DNA of 64,000 bases, taken from an uncultured Candidatus Saccharibacteria bacterium (GTDB lineage Bacteria; Patescibacteriota; Saccharimonadia; Saccharimonadales; HK-STAS-PATE-42). The stretch covers positions 33,792 to 97,791 of the forward strand of contig CAYWUW010000001.1 of assembly GCA_964461505.1 (NCBI GenBank), given 5' to 3'. The notes under the pieces were generated by a model that saw nothing but the letters and a program-made list of their open reading frames with translations, did no database searches and was not told the origin of the DNA. The position numbers were made by a program, and so were the translations under genes. Below, piece by piece: positions 62,920 to 64,000 of the stretch. Numbering within the stretch: position 1 is the first letter of the stretch; the number at the start of each line of letters is the position of its first letter.

Positions 62920-64000
62920 TTATTTGGTTGAGTTTGTTTTGCGGGCGGTATGGCTACGGTGCACAAAAGCTAGGGCTACTAAAGGAGCCAGCATCAAGGC
63001 TGTAAATAGAGTTATAAGTGCTAGATTACCGGTTTTAGGGGCTTTGATTGTTGTGATTGTAGGATTGTCGTTTGTTGCTTTTGTAATGCCTATTTCAATA
63101 ATCTTAAATTTGTTAGCGCTTGGGTCAAAAGCGAGCCCCCATAAATTATCATCAGGCCCATTACGCAAATGTGTTACGTATAAAGCTGGAGGTGGTAGTT
63201 GATATGTTTGGTATGTTCCGTCTAGGCTTAAAGTTCCTATGGAACTTATTCCTCCAAACCAGATCTGGTTATCTTTTGCTAATATTAAATTGCTAGAAAC
63301 CTGGCTCGAGCTTTCAAATTCTGTTACTTGGCCAGATGAATTGATGTTAGCAAAATATGATTTAAAGCCACTTTGACCTGCCTTGTTAGAAACTCCCCAT
63401 AAGTTACTATTGCTCTGAGAAGTTAAATTTGTGCCGACTGTAGTTCCTTGTTGCGTAGCATAAGTTTGGTAGTTTCCATCTGCCGAGATAGAACCAAAAA
63501 CTTTATTTGAAGAGTGGTATGGTACACCGCTGAACAACAAACTTTCGTTTGGTCCAGCTTCTGCATTCATGACAAAACCAAAACCTTCAATGTTATATTG
63601 GTTTGTAATGGTACCGTTTTGCGGGTTTATCTTAACTACTAAACCACTAGACTGAGTATCGCAGGTGTTAACATCACCTCCATAGCCCCACAAACTTCCG
63701 CTTGGTGTAAAAGTTAGCCCTGTAATGTTTTGAGGACAACCTGGTTCAAGATCTGGAATAGAATAAGAGTAATTAGTTATGGTGCCGTTAGGGCTTATCT
63801 TTCTTAAATAACTAATCTTATTTTGAGTGTTTCCGGCAATATATTCAGCGGTGGTGAGCCAGATGTTATCTTGGCCATCTATAGATAATAAACCTAAAGT
63901 TTCTTGAGTGGTTTGAGGAGATGTGTCTACGGTGGTTAGAACTTGTTCTGTGAAGCTTTTATCTGATGTTTTAAATCTGACTATTTTATTTTCTGCCCGA
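62920..64000 (-). CDS. cell-wall-anchored beta-propeller-like surface protein (sortase substrate, APKTG), 5' end outside the window
   Basis: repeated ..GPDDNLWG / DNQIWFGG blades, C-terminal APKTG then TM then RSHTARK. The frame stays open to position 64000. Confidence 0.7.
   Translation of the reverse strand, partial: RAENKIVRFKTSDKSFTEQVLTTVDTSPQTTQETLGLLSIDGQDNIWLTTAEYIAGNTQNKISYLRKISPNGTITNYSYSIPDLEPGCPQNITGLTFTPSGSLWGYGGDVNTCDTQSSGLVVKINPQNGTITNQYNIEGFGFVMNAEAGPNESLLFSGVPYHSSNKVFGSISADGNYQTYATQQGTTVGTNLTSQSNSNLWGVSNKAGQSGFKSYFANINSSGQVTEFESSSQVSSNLILAKDNQIWFGGISSIGTLSLDGTYQTYQLPPPALYVTHLRNGPDDNLWGLAFDPSANKFKIIEIGITKATNDNPTITTIKAPKTGNLALITLFTALMLAPLVALAFVHRSHTARKTNSTK

Noticed and set aside
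1-64000. A HindIII/AflII-type restriction-modification system as the explanation for the AAGCTT/CTTAAG motif
   Set aside because: No methyltransferase or endonuclease gene is recognisable in this window. An active restriction system would normally cause avoidance of its site, not enrichment. A solitary methyltransferase elsewhere in the genome remains possible and is listed as a check.

Overview
This 64-kb window looks like a chromosomal segment from a small-genome, Gram-positive-type bacterium. A Patescibacteria/CPR, Saccharibacteria-like origin is an inference from gene content and protein style, not a database result. About 40% GC by eye. The standard genetic code applies: TAA, TAG and TGA all terminate ORFs, and an intact RF2 gene is present.

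The window is dominated by housekeeping genes:
- Translation and RNA modification: glyQS, serS, aspS, hpf, prfB, pth, der, rplY, rsmH, a RumA-family and a TrmH-family methyltransferase, and an RsuA/RluB-type pseudouridine synthase.
- Secretion and DNA metabolism: secA, topA, dprA, a PIF1/RecD-like helicase, rnhA, tmk and a thyX-like gene.
- A reduced division/cell-wall cluster, rsmH-ftsL-ftsI-ftsW-murG-ftsQ, plus an orphan mraZ 16 kb upstream.
- Envelope genes: a sortase with two [V/A]PKTG substrates, mscL and a bifunctional peptidoglycan hydrolase.
- Two tRNAs: tRNA-Glu(CUC) and tRNA-Arg(GCG).

Signals not explained by genes:
1. The 8-bp palindrome TAAGCTTA, often extended to AAGCTTAAGCTT, occurs roughly every 150-250 bp in coding and non-coding DNA. 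It sits in all reading frames, on stop codons and just after -10 boxes. It is nearly absent from a few accessory blocks.
2. A tRNA-Arg-adjacent array of unrelated genes is punctuated by four copies of an 80-105-bp repeat. Each repeat carries a promoter-like box, a 10-bp palindrome and a conserved hairpin. No recombinase is visible in the window.
3. Gene orientation switches from + to - at about 29.4 kb. The convergence gap contains a dif-like 11-6-11 inverted repeat.
4. Four GTGGGTA direct repeats with 10-bp phasing lie upstream of mraZ.
5. A very conserved TGGTATAAT or TGCTAAACT box lies 6-11 nt before many ATG codons, implying leaderless or near-leaderless mRNAs.
6. Mosaics of at least seven short hairpin-repeat families fill several intergenic gaps. 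One copy lies in frame inside a CDS.
7. A gene is split at a G8/C8 homopolymer tract.

No CRISPR array, rRNA, transposase or integrase was recognised. All coordinates and counts were derived by eye from the printed sequence and should be recomputed.
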